Shown here in pieces: positions 55,209 through 64,000 of a DNA stretch of 64,000 nucleotides (position 1 is the first letter of the stretch; each line of letters starts with the position of its first letter). Source of the stretch: a virus (taxonomy: Duplodnaviria > Caudoviricetes); the IMG/VR virus record IMGVR_UViG_3300010429_002123; one strand, given 5' to 3'. Both the position numbers and the translations under genes were made by a program. Below the pieces are notes generated by a model. The model was not told the DNA's origin. It worked only from the letters and a program-made list of their open reading frames with translations, and did not search any database.

Positions 55209-55295
55209 GACAACCAGAAACATAAAAAAATAAAATATAACATTTAGGGTTATAAATAGAGAGGAAAAATGTTATAATAGGATAGGAGATGAGCC

Positions 55296-55655
55296 ATGTT
55301 TGCAGGAGTAGATGAACCAGCAGTCTTAAACTTAAAAATGACACAGGGTGCCTGTTGGAATAAGGTTATAATACTAAAAGATAATCTGGGTGTTCCACTT
55401 GACCTGACAGGTTGTGAAGCTAAAATGCAGATTCGACCATCAGTCACCGATTCAACTGTGCTTTTAGAACTCTCCACAGCTAATGGACGCATAACTATCG
55501 TAGGAACTGAGGGAAAACTTTTTCTTGCTGTGGGACACATTTACACTGCTCTTCTGTCAGACGACGCGGTGTATGACCTGGACATAATGATTGGCACGTG
55601 TGTTTACACAATTTTAAGAGGTCAGATACTTCTAATTCTTCAAGTTACAAGGTAA
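55296..55655 (+). CDS. BppU N-terminal-like virion protein
   Basis: QGACW, PLDLTGCEAKMQIR, AVYDL. Confidence 0.65.
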   Translation: MFAGVDEPAVLNLKMTQGACWNKVIILKDNLGVPLDLTGCEAKMQIRPSVTDSTVLLELSTANGRITIVGTEGKLFLAVGHIYTALLSDDAVYDLDIMIGTCVYTILRGQILLILQVTR

Positions 55656-55669
55656 GGAGAGAGAATTCA

Positions 55670-56236
55670 ATGTCTACTGTACAAGTTGAAAAAAATGTGT
55701 TTCAAGTAGAGGTACAGGAAAACACCATAATTCTTCAAACTACCAACCCTGTAGATGCCCTTACGCTAAAAGGTATAGGTATAAGCGTAAACATGGAAAC
55801 AATCTCTGACGGGGATGCTCTGGTTTACTCAGAGGCTGATAACAAGTGGGTTGCCCAACCTATAGACTCTTCTACAGCTATAAAAATGGGAAGAAGTGTC
55901 CCTGCAGGTACCGCTCCTATAAGCGGACACAGGGCTGTGATGCAGGAAGACGGGGCTCTCTCTTACGCTTCGAGTGACAACCTGGCTCATTTATATAGGG
56001 TAATGGGAATTACTACACAGGCAGCCCTTTCTGGAGACCCGGCGTTTGTCTGTATATCTGGTGAGATAATAGAGCCTTCCTGGAACTGGGAGGTGGGAAA
56101 GGCAGTATTACTGGGCTTGAACGGAACTCTAGTCCAAACACTTCCCCCCGAAGCAAAGTTTGTTATGCAGTTAGGAATTCCGTTATCGCCTATAAAGTTA
56201 CAGGTAGAGAAAAAAATGCCTATCATATTAGCGTAG
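55670..56236 (+). CDS. Virion structural protein
   Basis: ISGHRAV, GEIIEPSWNW, LGLNGTL.QT.P. Confidence 0.55.
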   Translation: MSTVQVEKNVFQVEVQENTIILQTTNPVDALTLKGIGISVNMETISDGDALVYSEADNKWVAQPIDSSTAIKMGRSVPAGTAPISGHRAVMQEDGALSYASSDNLAHLYRVMGITTQAALSGDPAFVCISGEIIEPSWNWEVGKAVLLGLNGTLVQTLPPEAKFVMQLGIPLSPIKLQVEKKMPIILA

Positions 56237-56266
56237 GCCAATTTATTATAAAAGGAGAGTACAATT

Positions 56267-56797
56267 ATGGCAATAAAAAGATATTTAGCTCTTGATTCGA
56301 GCAATGACATGACTGAACAGATTCCCATCACAACTTCGACTGGTCCCTCAGACGGTGGGAAAGTTGTAGCCACCCTGGAATCCACCGGAAGATTTGACCT
56401 TACTGTTATGCCAGCAGAAATCGCCCCGGAAGTTGTAGATGCCGTTGCTTCTGAAGCACTCGCAGCAGGAGACTTTGTTAACCTCTGGAGTGATGCGGGT
56501 GTGCTGAGTGCCAGAAAAGCAGATGCCTCCGGCGGAGTAGGCAAAAAAGCAGACGGTTACACATTGGACGCCGTATTAGACGAGGGCACCGCAAGAGTTT
56601 ATAAAAATGGTATAAACGACCAGAGAAGTGGTCTCACTGTAGGGGTTGAATACTATCTTTCTAACACAGTTCCTGGCGGACTTCTCGCAAAAGGTTCTGC
56701 TCCTACTACAGCAACGCACATTCTTCAAAGAATAGGTATTGCTAAGTCAGCAACAGAAATTTTTGTAGAAATAGAAAACCCCATTATAAGAGCATAA
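56267..56797 (+). CDS. Virion structural protein
   Basis: ASEALAAGDFVNLW, RKADAS, GLTVGVEYYLS, QRIGIA. Confidence 0.6.
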   Translation: MAIKRYLALDSSNDMTEQIPITTSTGPSDGGKVVATLESTGRFDLTVMPAEIAPEVVDAVASEALAAGDFVNLWSDAGVLSARKADASGGVGKKADGYTLDAVLDEGTARVYKNGINDQRSGLTVGVEYYLSNTVPGGLLAKGSAPTTATHILQRIGIAKSATEIFVEIENPIIRA

Positions 56798-56841
56798 GTG
56801 CCTTATGATTACCATGTGTAACAGAAGAAGGAGCTAGGATT

Positions 56842-57114
56842 ATGGCTGAAAAAGTTTTGCAGTTAAATACTAATAATGACTACCAGGAAGTAATCCTATC
56901 TCCCTCTTCTGTTGACCTGGGAAACGTAACAAACGATGCCCAGATAGCAAAAAGTACAGTAACAACTAAAGGAGATTTGTTAGTGGCAACGAGCAATGCA
57001 ACACTTACAAGAAAAGCTGTTGGGAAAGATAGCTATCAGTTAATGGCCGATAGCAGTAAGACAGAGGGTATTGAGTGGAAGTATAGACCCCACCCTTTTC
57101 TTTTTGTCTCTTAA
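56842..57114 (+). CDS. Small tail fibre-associated protein
   Basis: LGNVTNDAQ, TTKGDLLVA, LMADSS..EGIEW fibre motifs. Confidence 0.5.
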   Translation: MAEKVLQLNTNNDYQEVILSPSSVDLGNVTNDAQIAKSTVTTKGDLLVATSNATLTRKAVGKDSYQLMADSSKTEGIEWKYRPHPFLFVS

Positions 57115-57129
57115 TAAGGGGAAATAACT

Positions 57130-57465
57130 ATGTCGATGAAATTATTAGATGCAGTTGATATAGATGGTACTGTAAAAGCGATAAGTACCAATCATACTTT
57201 TTATACAGTACCTTCCGGGAAACAAACAGTTGTATCCGTGATAGAAGTGTGTAATAGAACCACTTCAGCAATAAGAGTGAGACTCGCTCATGTGCAGAGT
57301 GGGCAGACTCTTGCGAACAAAAACTATATATTATATGATTATTCAGTACCAGCAAGAGGATTTGTTGAAGTCACAGCAAGAGCTATGGCAACGGGAGACT
57401 TTTTGGTTGCTTACTCACCAGCCACCGGAGTTAATTTTATAGCGTGGGGAGATGAAATAGAGTGA
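57130..57465 (+). CDS. Virion structural protein
   Basis: YTVPSGKQTVVS...CNRT, YILYD, AWGDE. Confidence 0.55.
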   Translation: MSMKLLDAVDIDGTVKAISTNHTFYTVPSGKQTVVSVIEVCNRTTSAIRVRLAHVQSGQTLANKNYILYDYSVPARGFVEVTARAMATGDFLVAYSPATGVNFIAWGDEIE

Positions 57466-59201
57466 AAACTGGAGGGGACGGGATAACTGATGTTCAGAGC
57501 GGAGGGGAAGTTGCCGGGGCAAACAGAGCTATAGGTAACTTAGATGGATATTCTTTTTCCCTCATGTCAAATGGGATAAACGTTTTGACAGTCAACTCTG
57601 ACGGAACTATCTCAGTAGCCGGAAACGTTGACGGGAGAGATATTTCTACTGACGGCAGTAACCTTGATAGTCATAGAACAAACACAGGTAACCCCCACAG
57701 CGTCACGAAATCACAGGTAGGACTTGCGAACGTAACAAACAATGCACAAATGATACGAGGAGGAAACGACTTTTCCTCTTTTAACAGCAAGGCAAGCCTG
57801 GTTTCTTCAGATTATATTCTGGTGGAAGATAGTGCAGACAGCTTTAATAAAAAACGAATCACTCTCTCGGCTGTAAGTCACTCTCTCCTTTCCGGTATTG
57901 GTTCAAACTCCCACAGTCAGCTAGACTCTCACGTAGGGAGCACGAGTAATCCCCACTCTGTAACAAAAACCCAGGTTGGTCTCGGTAATGTTCCAAACCT
58001 GGACTGTTCCAATGCGGATAATATAGAAGACGGTGTGAATAAAATGATACCTTCCCACGAGCAGGGACAGACGTGGGCACAGCATGTATTAAACACATCT
58101 AATCCACATTCGACTACGAAAAGTCAAGTAGGGCTCGGAAACGTAGACAACTTACAGCAGATACCCCTTACACAAAAGGGGGCTGTTAGCGGGGTGTGTG
58201 AGCTAGACTCCAGTGGAAAAGTTCCTTCCAGCAGGCTCAGTGTTTCTGCCCTGACTTATAAAGGTGGGTGGAATGTGAGCACAAATACCCCCGCCTTGAG
58301 CAGTAGCGGAGGGGGAGGAATCGCTGGGGACTATTATGTGGTAAGTGTGGCGGGAACAAGACTTATAGATGGTAACTCTGACTGGCAAATAAAAGACTGG
58401 ATTATGCACAACGGTTCTACATGGGACAAAATAGATAATACAGATTCAGTAACTTCAGTAGCCGGAAGGCAGGGAGCAGTAGTATTAACGAAAAGCGACG
58501 TTGGTTTAAGTAACGTTCCCAACACAGACTGTTCAAACGCTGATAATATTTCAGACGGAATAACGAAGTGTATCCCGACAGTAGCACAAAGGACAGCATG
58601 GAATAATCACGTATCAAGCACGAGTAACCCCCATAACGTAACTAAAACACAGATAGGTTTAGGAAATGTAGAAAATAAATTATCAAATTTTTCAGCCACA
58701 ACAGCACCCTCTGCAACAGATGATGGTGGTGACGGTTATTCAATAGGAAGTTTCTGGGTAAATCTTATTACGCAAAAGGTTTATGTCTGTGTAGACGCCA
58801 CTATTTCAAATGCGAAATGGTCACAGATAACTGAAGATGTATTATACGACCCTGTGTATAGTAGACCTTACTATTTTGGGACAAGTTCAACTACAAATGC
58901 TTATCTTGTGGGTGCAGGTGTTCAGCAAAGTAGAGGCTATGCTCTGTATTATTATATGTGGAAAGCAGGAATATTATCTGATATTGCTGTTAGGTGCGAA
59001 GCTACGTTAACAAATCACATCATTCAAGTAAGACTAAATGGTGCGACTGTAAGCAGTCACTCTATGACCAATGCAACAAATCAGTATTACTCCGCTATGA
59101 ATGTAGCAGTTACTGTAGGACAGAGACTCTCCGTCTACATATCAGGAACTTCCAGTGTAAATGAAACTGTAGAAATATTTTTTAAAGCTCTTAGAAGTTA
59201 G
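57462..59201 (+). CDS. Tail fibre protein with NPH repeats
   Basis: Four H...T.NPH..TK.Q.GL.NV repeats, YKGGWN, GYSIGSFW. Confidence 0.75.
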   Translation: MKTGGDGITDVQSGGEVAGANRAIGNLDGYSFSLMSNGINVLTVNSDGTISVAGNVDGRDISTDGSNLDSHRTNTGNPHSVTKSQVGLANVTNNAQMIRGGNDFSSFNSKASLVSSDYILVEDSADSFNKKRITLSAVSHSLLSGIGSNSHSQLDSHVGSTSNPHSVTKTQVGLGNVPNLDCSNADNIEDGVNKMIPSHEQGQTWAQHVLNTSNPHSTTKSQVGLGNVDNLQQIPLTQKGAVSGVCELDSSGKVPSSRLSVSALTYKGGWNVSTNTPALSSSGGGGIAGDYYVVSVAGTRLIDGNSDWQIKDWIMHNGSTWDKIDNTDSVTSVAGRQGAVVLTKSDVGLSNVPNTDCSNADNISDGITKCIPTVAQRTAWNNHVSSTSNPHNVTKTQIGLGNVENKLSNFSATTAPSATDDGGDGYSIGSFWVNLITQKVYVCVDATISNAKWSQITEDVLYDPVYSRPYYFGTSSTTNAYLVGAGVQQSRGYALYYYMWKAGILSDIAVRCEATLTNHIIQVRLNGATVSSHSMTNATNQYYSAMNVAVTVGQRLSVYISGTSSVNETVEIFFKALRS

Positions 59202-59212
59202 GAGAACCGACT

Positions 59213-60172
59213 ATGAATTTAGTTGTGAAAAATATCACAGAAAATGAATTGATAAATCTTGTTGACCTGGGGGTAGAATTACAACCCGCCGAAGAGAGAG
59301 ACTTATGTGAACTCTTTACCACAGAGACACTCAGGGTTTCCCGGTCTTTTCAAGACTTTCTTCTCATGGAAAAAATAACTTTGAATGGCTTTTCTGGGAT
59401 GGAAGCTCTCTCTTCCTTATTAGGAGAGGTTCTCCCCTCTTTTGACGGCGTTCCCCTCACGTGGACGGAGTTTAAGGAGTTCATTGTTGGGAAAGAAGAA
59501 GCTATGGCTTTTCTTGATAGAACTGATAAATACTTTATATTCACTTCGGGCTATCCTATTTACTGCTTTATTTTAAAGAACACACCAGAGGCCACAGAGT
59601 TTGAAACGACCTACAAAACCTGGTGCGGGAAGGTAAAAACTGTTCGTTCAGACGGAAGGCTGAGAGTCCACGCTACTACTTGTAGAGAAGACCATCACCC
59701 TCAGTTCGTCGGCGGGGGAGATGGTATTTACAACGGGCAGAGAACCCGTGATATTTGTGACCCTCAACTTCAGTTCAAACTTTTCCCAACGGCTAACCTT
59801 GAGATAGTCAAGGATTGTGTTTTCAAAGATGAAGTCTGGATAAGAGACGGGTTTTTAATGTATGAAAACGCTCCGTGGGGTGCTCGTCTGAACGTAGAGA
59901 TAGTTTATCCTACAGTTTACCCACCCGGACACCCTCTCGAGTTCATGAACGGGATAGTAGTGAGAAGATTTGTAAAAGACGCTCTCATCTATGGCACAAA
60001 CTATCAAGGGTTTGGTTTTGTAACTGACGCCCCGGGAATGATGCCTGCGGGAATGGCTCTGAGAATACGAATTACAAATCCAGCACTTGAGGGTATAAGC
60101 ACATGGAAAGTCTGGGGATACTTAAAAATTCATAGGCTTTATACTTGTGACATAGAAGAACTGCTTGGCTGA
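59213..60172 (+). CDS. Hypothetical virion-associated protein
   Basis: 319-aa ORF in the structural operon. Confidence 0.5.
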   Translation: MNLVVKNITENELINLVDLGVELQPAEERDLCELFTTETLRVSRSFQDFLLMEKITLNGFSGMEALSSLLGEVLPSFDGVPLTWTEFKEFIVGKEEAMAFLDRTDKYFIFTSGYPIYCFILKNTPEATEFETTYKTWCGKVKTVRSDGRLRVHATTCREDHHPQFVGGGDGIYNGQRTRDICDPQLQFKLFPTANLEIVKDCVFKDEVWIRDGFLMYENAPWGARLNVEIVYPTVYPPGHPLEFMNGIVVRRFVKDALIYGTNYQGFGFVTDAPGMMPAGMALRIRITNPALEGISTWKVWGYLKIHRLYTCDIEELLG

Positions 60173-60222
60173 AGCAGTTAGTCAAGAGAAGTTTCTCAAT
60201 TTAAAATACGGGGGGTGATGAG

Positions 60223-60519
60223 ATGAGGTCAATCCCAGCCATAGAAGAAATATTAATAAAAAAATTAGGAATCCAAAATAACACGATAGATACCTTTAGT
60301 ATAGGCGACAGTATAAAGATAGTTTCTTCCGTAATAAATAACGTGGGGTTCAAGGGGGAAGAAGGCGTGATAATAGATATAGTTAGAAGCAAAAACTACC
60401 CCATTGAAATTTCTGTGGGAGACCCCGTGAGTTTTACTTTTTTTGTAAATCCCACAGACATAATAAAAACAGAAAATTACGCCAGATTTGTGAGTAAAGT
60501 AAAGGAGATTCAGAAATGA
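60223..60519 (+). CDS. Hypothetical protein
   Basis: 98-aa ORF with FSIGDSIK motif. Confidence 0.5.
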   Translation: MRSIPAIEEILIKKLGIQNNTIDTFSIGDSIKIVSSVINNVGFKGEEGVIIDIVRSKNYPIEISVGDPVSFTFFVNPTDIIKTENYARFVSKVKEIQK

Positions 60520-61187
60520 GATGCGTTTTTGTCTCTGACATACACTTAGGTCACCCGGACAATAAAAATGATAAAAAGTTTTTTAGCTTTTTGCATGACG
60601 CGCCTTTTGATAAACTGTTTGTTATCGGAGACTTATTCGACCTTTACTTTCTTTCAGAAGAAGAGATTATGAAAAAATATCCTAATGAATACAAGTATAT
60701 GAAAACGGGTATAGCTGAAGGGAAAGTGGTGTTCATAAAAGGTAATCATGACTTTTGTATGAGCTCTCTGCCCACCCATTACCCAACGTATAAACTTTCC
60801 CTTGACGGAAAAAACTTACTCTTGACTCACGGACATTTACAGGCGTTGGAGCGAAAGTTTTATCCTTACTTAAAAGTTGTTTACGCTCTCGGGTTACTCC
60901 AACGTTTGTTCAAGTGGCTCTTTTCTTTCGAAAAATCAAAGATTCTCGATACCATCTTTCACTACTGCACAGAGGCGGGAGTACCCGACAGTGCCCTCTT
61001 TTTAAAGGCTAGAATGCGAGAGGATTTGAAAGATTATGATTATGTCATTTGCGGGCATACACACTTACCCGAAATAAGTGAGAAATATATAAACTGTGGT
61101 GACTGGCTTTCTGACTACAGTTTTATCGTCTATACAAGCGAGCAGGGGTTCAGTCTCGATTACTATAAGAAAGAGGGGGGTGAGTAG
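60516..61187 (+). CDS. Calcineurin-like metallophosphoesterase (LpxH-like subfamily)
   Basis: SDIHLG, GDLFD, GNHD, THGH, GHTH, NCGDW. Confidence 0.88.
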   Translation: MRCVFVSDIHLGHPDNKNDKKFFSFLHDAPFDKLFVIGDLFDLYFLSEEEIMKKYPNEYKYMKTGIAEGKVVFIKGNHDFCMSSLPTHYPTYKLSLDGKNLLLTHGHLQALERKFYPYLKVVYALGLLQRLFKWLFSFEKSKILDTIFHYCTEAGVPDSALFLKARMREDLKDYDYVICGHTHLPEISEKYINCGDWLSDYSFIVYTSEQGFSLDYYKKEGGE

Positions 61188-61188
61188 T

Positions 61189-61437
61189 GTGAGTACCTTT
61201 TCAGAGACAAAGTTCAAAACAAACGACCTTGACGAAAAGGCTGTTCTCTGCTACCTGTTAACTTCAAAGTTTGTTGGAAACAAGCCCAAAAGAAACCGGG
61301 GGGAGCTGGCAACTTTTAACGTGACCGGGTGTTTCGGCCTGGGGGAGCTAAAAGAACATATCCCTAGTGAAGATGTCCTGCAACAGGAGTTTGCTGACTT
61401 AGACAGACAAGTAGAGGAGTTGTTAAAGAGTGCCTGA
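61189..61437 (+). CDS. Hypothetical protein
   Basis: GTG start downstream of a G-rich RBS, in frame with ORF 61096..61437. Confidence 0.45.
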   Translation: MSTFSETKFKTNDLDEKAVLCYLLTSKFVGNKPKRNRGELATFNVTGCFGLGELKEHIPSEDVLQQEFADLDRQVEELLKSA

Positions 61438-61909
61438 GGAAAAAAACGGTGATAACATTTCAGAACTGTCTTTTACACGTTCTCTGATAAAAAAATATAT
61501 CGACGGTGGAGAAAAACTGGAACACTCTATAAATAAGTTTGCCTCCGACATTGTTGTTCTCGTAGACAAAACAAAAATTCATTTTGACGAGGAAAACAAC
61601 CGGATACGCCTCGCTTTAGAGGTAATGGGCGAGAGGGTAAATACCCTCTGTACCTCTCTTGTCAACCGACCATGTGCCCTGAGTAGCGAGAGACTTGACA
61701 GACAATTAGAAGAGATAGAAAAACTTTTAGAAGCAGAAAAAGAAAAAACAGATAAATTATTAAAGGCGGAGAAAGTTCAATTAGACCTGTGCAAAACCTG
61801 CATTGTAGCAAAGTTTGAGAAAAACTATGACCTTATTTTAAAGGTTATTATTCTCCTGGCTTGTGGGTTCGTGGGGTATGAAATAATAACAAAACTTTTT
61901 AAATTTTAG
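61430..61909 (+). CDS. Coiled-coil protein with C-terminal transmembrane helix (possibly holin-like)
   Basis: LILKVIILLACGFVGY at the C-terminus. Confidence 0.45.
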   Translation: MPEEKNGDNISELSFTRSLIKKYIDGGEKLEHSINKFASDIVVLVDKTKIHFDEENNRIRLALEVMGERVNTLCTSLVNRPCALSSERLDRQLEEIEKLLEAEKEKTDKLLKAEKVQLDLCKTCIVAKFEKNYDLILKVIILLACGFVGYEIITKLFKF

Positions 61910-61920
61910 GTGGTGAGATA

Positions 61921-62901
61921 TTGGCGACAGTAACAATAGCCTTACATAGATATAAAAATGTCTCTGTGACAGAGCAATCAATATATAGCTCAGTTTTAAA
62001 GTCCTACGTCTCCGTTCCTGTAGAGGGAACACTTGAGAACTATCCCGACGTTATGACTAATAAAGTTCCGAACCCTTTTATTGACCAGGGCTTTACTCGA
62101 TACATCACGATACAAGACACATCTCCGGCACCTGTGGTGACTGTCCCGGCTATTTATGGCGTAAGTGGTTCTCCCTCCCCTGTGGGGTCACTAGTCACGA
62201 TAACAGGGAATAATTTCGGGTCTACGCAGGCGACGAGCACGGTAACTTTTAACGGGAGTTTAGTCACTTCAGTCACTTCATGGTCTTCTTCCTCCATTCA
62301 GTGCACAATACCCGCAGGAGCTACTACAGGGAACGTAATAGTCACTGTGGGGGGACAGGTAAGTAACGGCTACCCCTACACAGTAGGCAGTCCGGTTCCG
62401 GTTGTTTACAATCTAAATCCCACTCTCGCAGAAATTGGAGCGACTATAACTATTGCGGGAAATAACTTCGGAGATACCAGAGGGACCAGTGTTGTCTCTT
62501 TTGACGGAATCGAAGGAGTCACTTACCCTCTCTGGACAAATTCTGTGGTTCAATGTGTTGTTCCTCCGGGAGTAGTAACTGGTCTTGTTACCCTGGTAGT
62601 AGGAGGACAGGAAAGCAACGGCTTTTTGTTCACTGTGGGAAGTCCCACAACAGCGGGGATAGCTCCTCTTAGAGAGGAATTTACCCTCAGCGACCTGGAT
62701 ATTGCTAATAAATACGTTACTCTGTCACAACTTACAGTAATTCCAACGTCGGTGACATTGTCGGTAGACAGTGCACCTTCACTAACTTACGGAGATGACT
62801 ACGTAGTGACGGGTAATAGAGTATCGTGGGAAGACAAAGAAGTTGATGGAATACTCTCTGTGGGTGACTACATGGAAGTATTATATATGTATACTACGTA
62901 G
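61921..62901 (+). CDS. Virion protein with two IPT/TIG (Ig-like) domains
   Basis: Two G..(V/I)TI.GNNFG.T..TS.V.F.G...W....QC..P.G..TG.V...VGGQ.SNG repeats. Confidence 0.8.
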   Translation: MATVTIALHRYKNVSVTEQSIYSSVLKSYVSVPVEGTLENYPDVMTNKVPNPFIDQGFTRYITIQDTSPAPVVTVPAIYGVSGSPSPVGSLVTITGNNFGSTQATSTVTFNGSLVTSVTSWSSSSIQCTIPAGATTGNVIVTVGGQVSNGYPYTVGSPVPVVYNLNPTLAEIGATITIAGNNFGDTRGTSVVSFDGIEGVTYPLWTNSVVQCVVPPGVVTGLVTLVVGGQESNGFLFTVGSPTTAGIAPLREEFTLSDLDIANKYVTLSQLTVIPTSVTLSVDSAPSLTYGDDYVVTGNRVSWEDKEVDGILSVGDYMEVLYMYTT

Positions 62902-62903
62902 GG

Positions 62904-63425
62904 GTGAAACGTTTGAAAAAAGTAATTGTTGTAGATGACTCCAGGGAAGTCGGAATTATAATCTCCCTGGCTCTTAGAGGAATAGCAGAGGTAAAAGTGT
63001 TTAAAAAACCTCTGGAGGCGTTAGGGTGTGTGAAAAAAGAAGACACAATTTATGATTACGCGTTCATAGACCTCTGCATGCCGGAACTAGATGGTCTGGA
63101 ACTTTCGAAAAGACTACGTAAGTTAAATAAGATTAAATCTATAATTCTCATAACGGCTTATTACTCTCTTTCAAACCCGAATGAGCTTTTAGAGAGAAAA
63201 GAAGTCACAGAACTGGCAGACTATTATATAAGAAAGCCCTTCTGTACAGAAGCTATACAAAGTGTAGTAGAACAAAATAATTTTGATTACCTTTATAAAA
63301 TAGGAAGTAAAAAAAGTGCCTGTGAAAAATATGATGGCTTGAAACCCTCCCCGTATCACAGGGAACGGGCTCACTTAAAGCTCATGACTGAGGGAAAAAT
63401 CTTAGAGGAACTGAGGCAAGTGTAA
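62904..63425 (+). CDS. Response-regulator receiver domain protein
   Basis: VVDD, DLCMPELDGLEL, ITAY, KPF. Confidence 0.85.
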   Translation: MKRLKKVIVVDDSREVGIIISLALRGIAEVKVFKKPLEALGCVKKEDTIYDYAFIDLCMPELDGLELSKRLRKLNKIKSIILITAYYSLSNPNELLERKEVTELADYYIRKPFCTEAIQSVVEQNNFDYLYKIGSKKSACEKYDGLKPSPYHRERAHLKLMTEGKILEELRQV

Positions 63426-63426
63426 A

Positions 63427-63723
63427 ATGGAAGGAACTACTGGCGGAAATGGGGGCTTAAAGCAACCCGAAGAGAAAAAAGGCTTCATCATAGGTATAAT
63501 AGAAGACTTTATACAAACAGGGGAACAGCAAGTCCTGATGACTGACCTCATGTTTGAAGAGATACGCAATCTGGTAGATAAGTTTGACAGTCTTAAAGAG
63601 GAGTTCCGAGAGGTGAGAAAAACCCTTGATAACTTCATAAGACTGACTAATATCTTAAAAGACGTCCCTAATATAGAAAAATTAATAGATAAGTTGGAAA
63701 CTCCAAAAGGAGAAAATACATAG
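63427..63723 (+). CDS. Hypothetical coiled-coil protein
   Basis: 98-aa ORF. Confidence 0.5.
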   Translation: MEGTTGGNGGLKQPEEKKGFIIGIIEDFIQTGEQQVLMTDLMFEEIRNLVDKFDSLKEEFREVRKTLDNFIRLTNILKDVPNIEKLIDKLETPKGENT

Positions 63724-63750
63724 CGTGAAAACGCAAAAGGAGGACATGTA

Positions 63751-64000
63751 ATGGGGAAAATTACTAATAAGTGGATTGCTGTCGATGCTGTGGACAATAC
63801 TCAGATAGACTTCGGTACCGGAGCAAATCAGGTAAAGGCTGCAGACTTACCGATAGTAGACACAGGGAGTTACGTAACCGCCACACAGGTAGAAGCCGCT
63901 ATCCAGGAAATTTGTGCAAAGTATATTGCAAACTGGGACTTAATCAGTTCCTTTTCCGCTCTTGGGGGCTCTGATGATATTGACACAGAAGTTAAAGCCA
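63751..64000 (+). CDS. Partial structural protein (runs off the window)
   Basis: AGGAGG RBS, MGKITNKWIAVDAVD...TATQVEAAIQE, no stop before 64000. Confidence 0.55.
   Translation, partial: MGKITNKWIAVDAVDNTQIDFGTGANQVKAADLPIVDTGSYVTATQVEAAIQEICAKYIANWDLISSFSALGGSDDIDTEVKA

Overview
This window looks like part of a large tailed bacteriophage genome, probably from a host with sigma70/sigmaA-type promoters (TTGACA-17-TGnTATAAT) and AGGAGG ribosome binding sites. It has three blocks. (1) 0.3-17.1 kb, minus strand: ten paralogous HExxH...E zincin-like proteins. Each has an N-terminal leader ending in (L/I)xE-GGPP(K)DG(G)xGSGN(W), which matches the T4-type prohead protease cleavage consensus. Six small paralogous partner genes and a DNA methyltransferase are interleaved. 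(2) 17.2-25.5 kb, an RNA-rich accessory island. It holds HU, six ordinary tRNAs, a TROVE/Ro60-like vWA protein and six Y-RNA-like ncRNAs that share one stem/internal-loop module. Their cargoes differ: tRNA bodies, a lone anticodon arm, a circularly permuted tRNA, a tRNA with the module inside its anticodon loop, and a ~200 nt domain. The island also has a tRNA minihelix, five full or partial copies of a covarying tracrRNA-like scaffold (three fused to 30-nt-repeat CRISPR mini-arrays), and a RuvC-only TnpB-like gene. No cas genes are in the window. (3) 25.6-64 kb, plus strand: morphogenesis. A T4-like portal, protease/scaffold and major capsid are followed by siphovirus-like neck, tube and 2675-aa tape measure genes, three paralogous tail-tip cassettes each followed by an enzyme-like gene, a tail fibre, a metallophosphoesterase, an IPT/TIG protein and a response-regulator receiver. 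All calls come from reading motifs and base pairing by eye; no searches were run.
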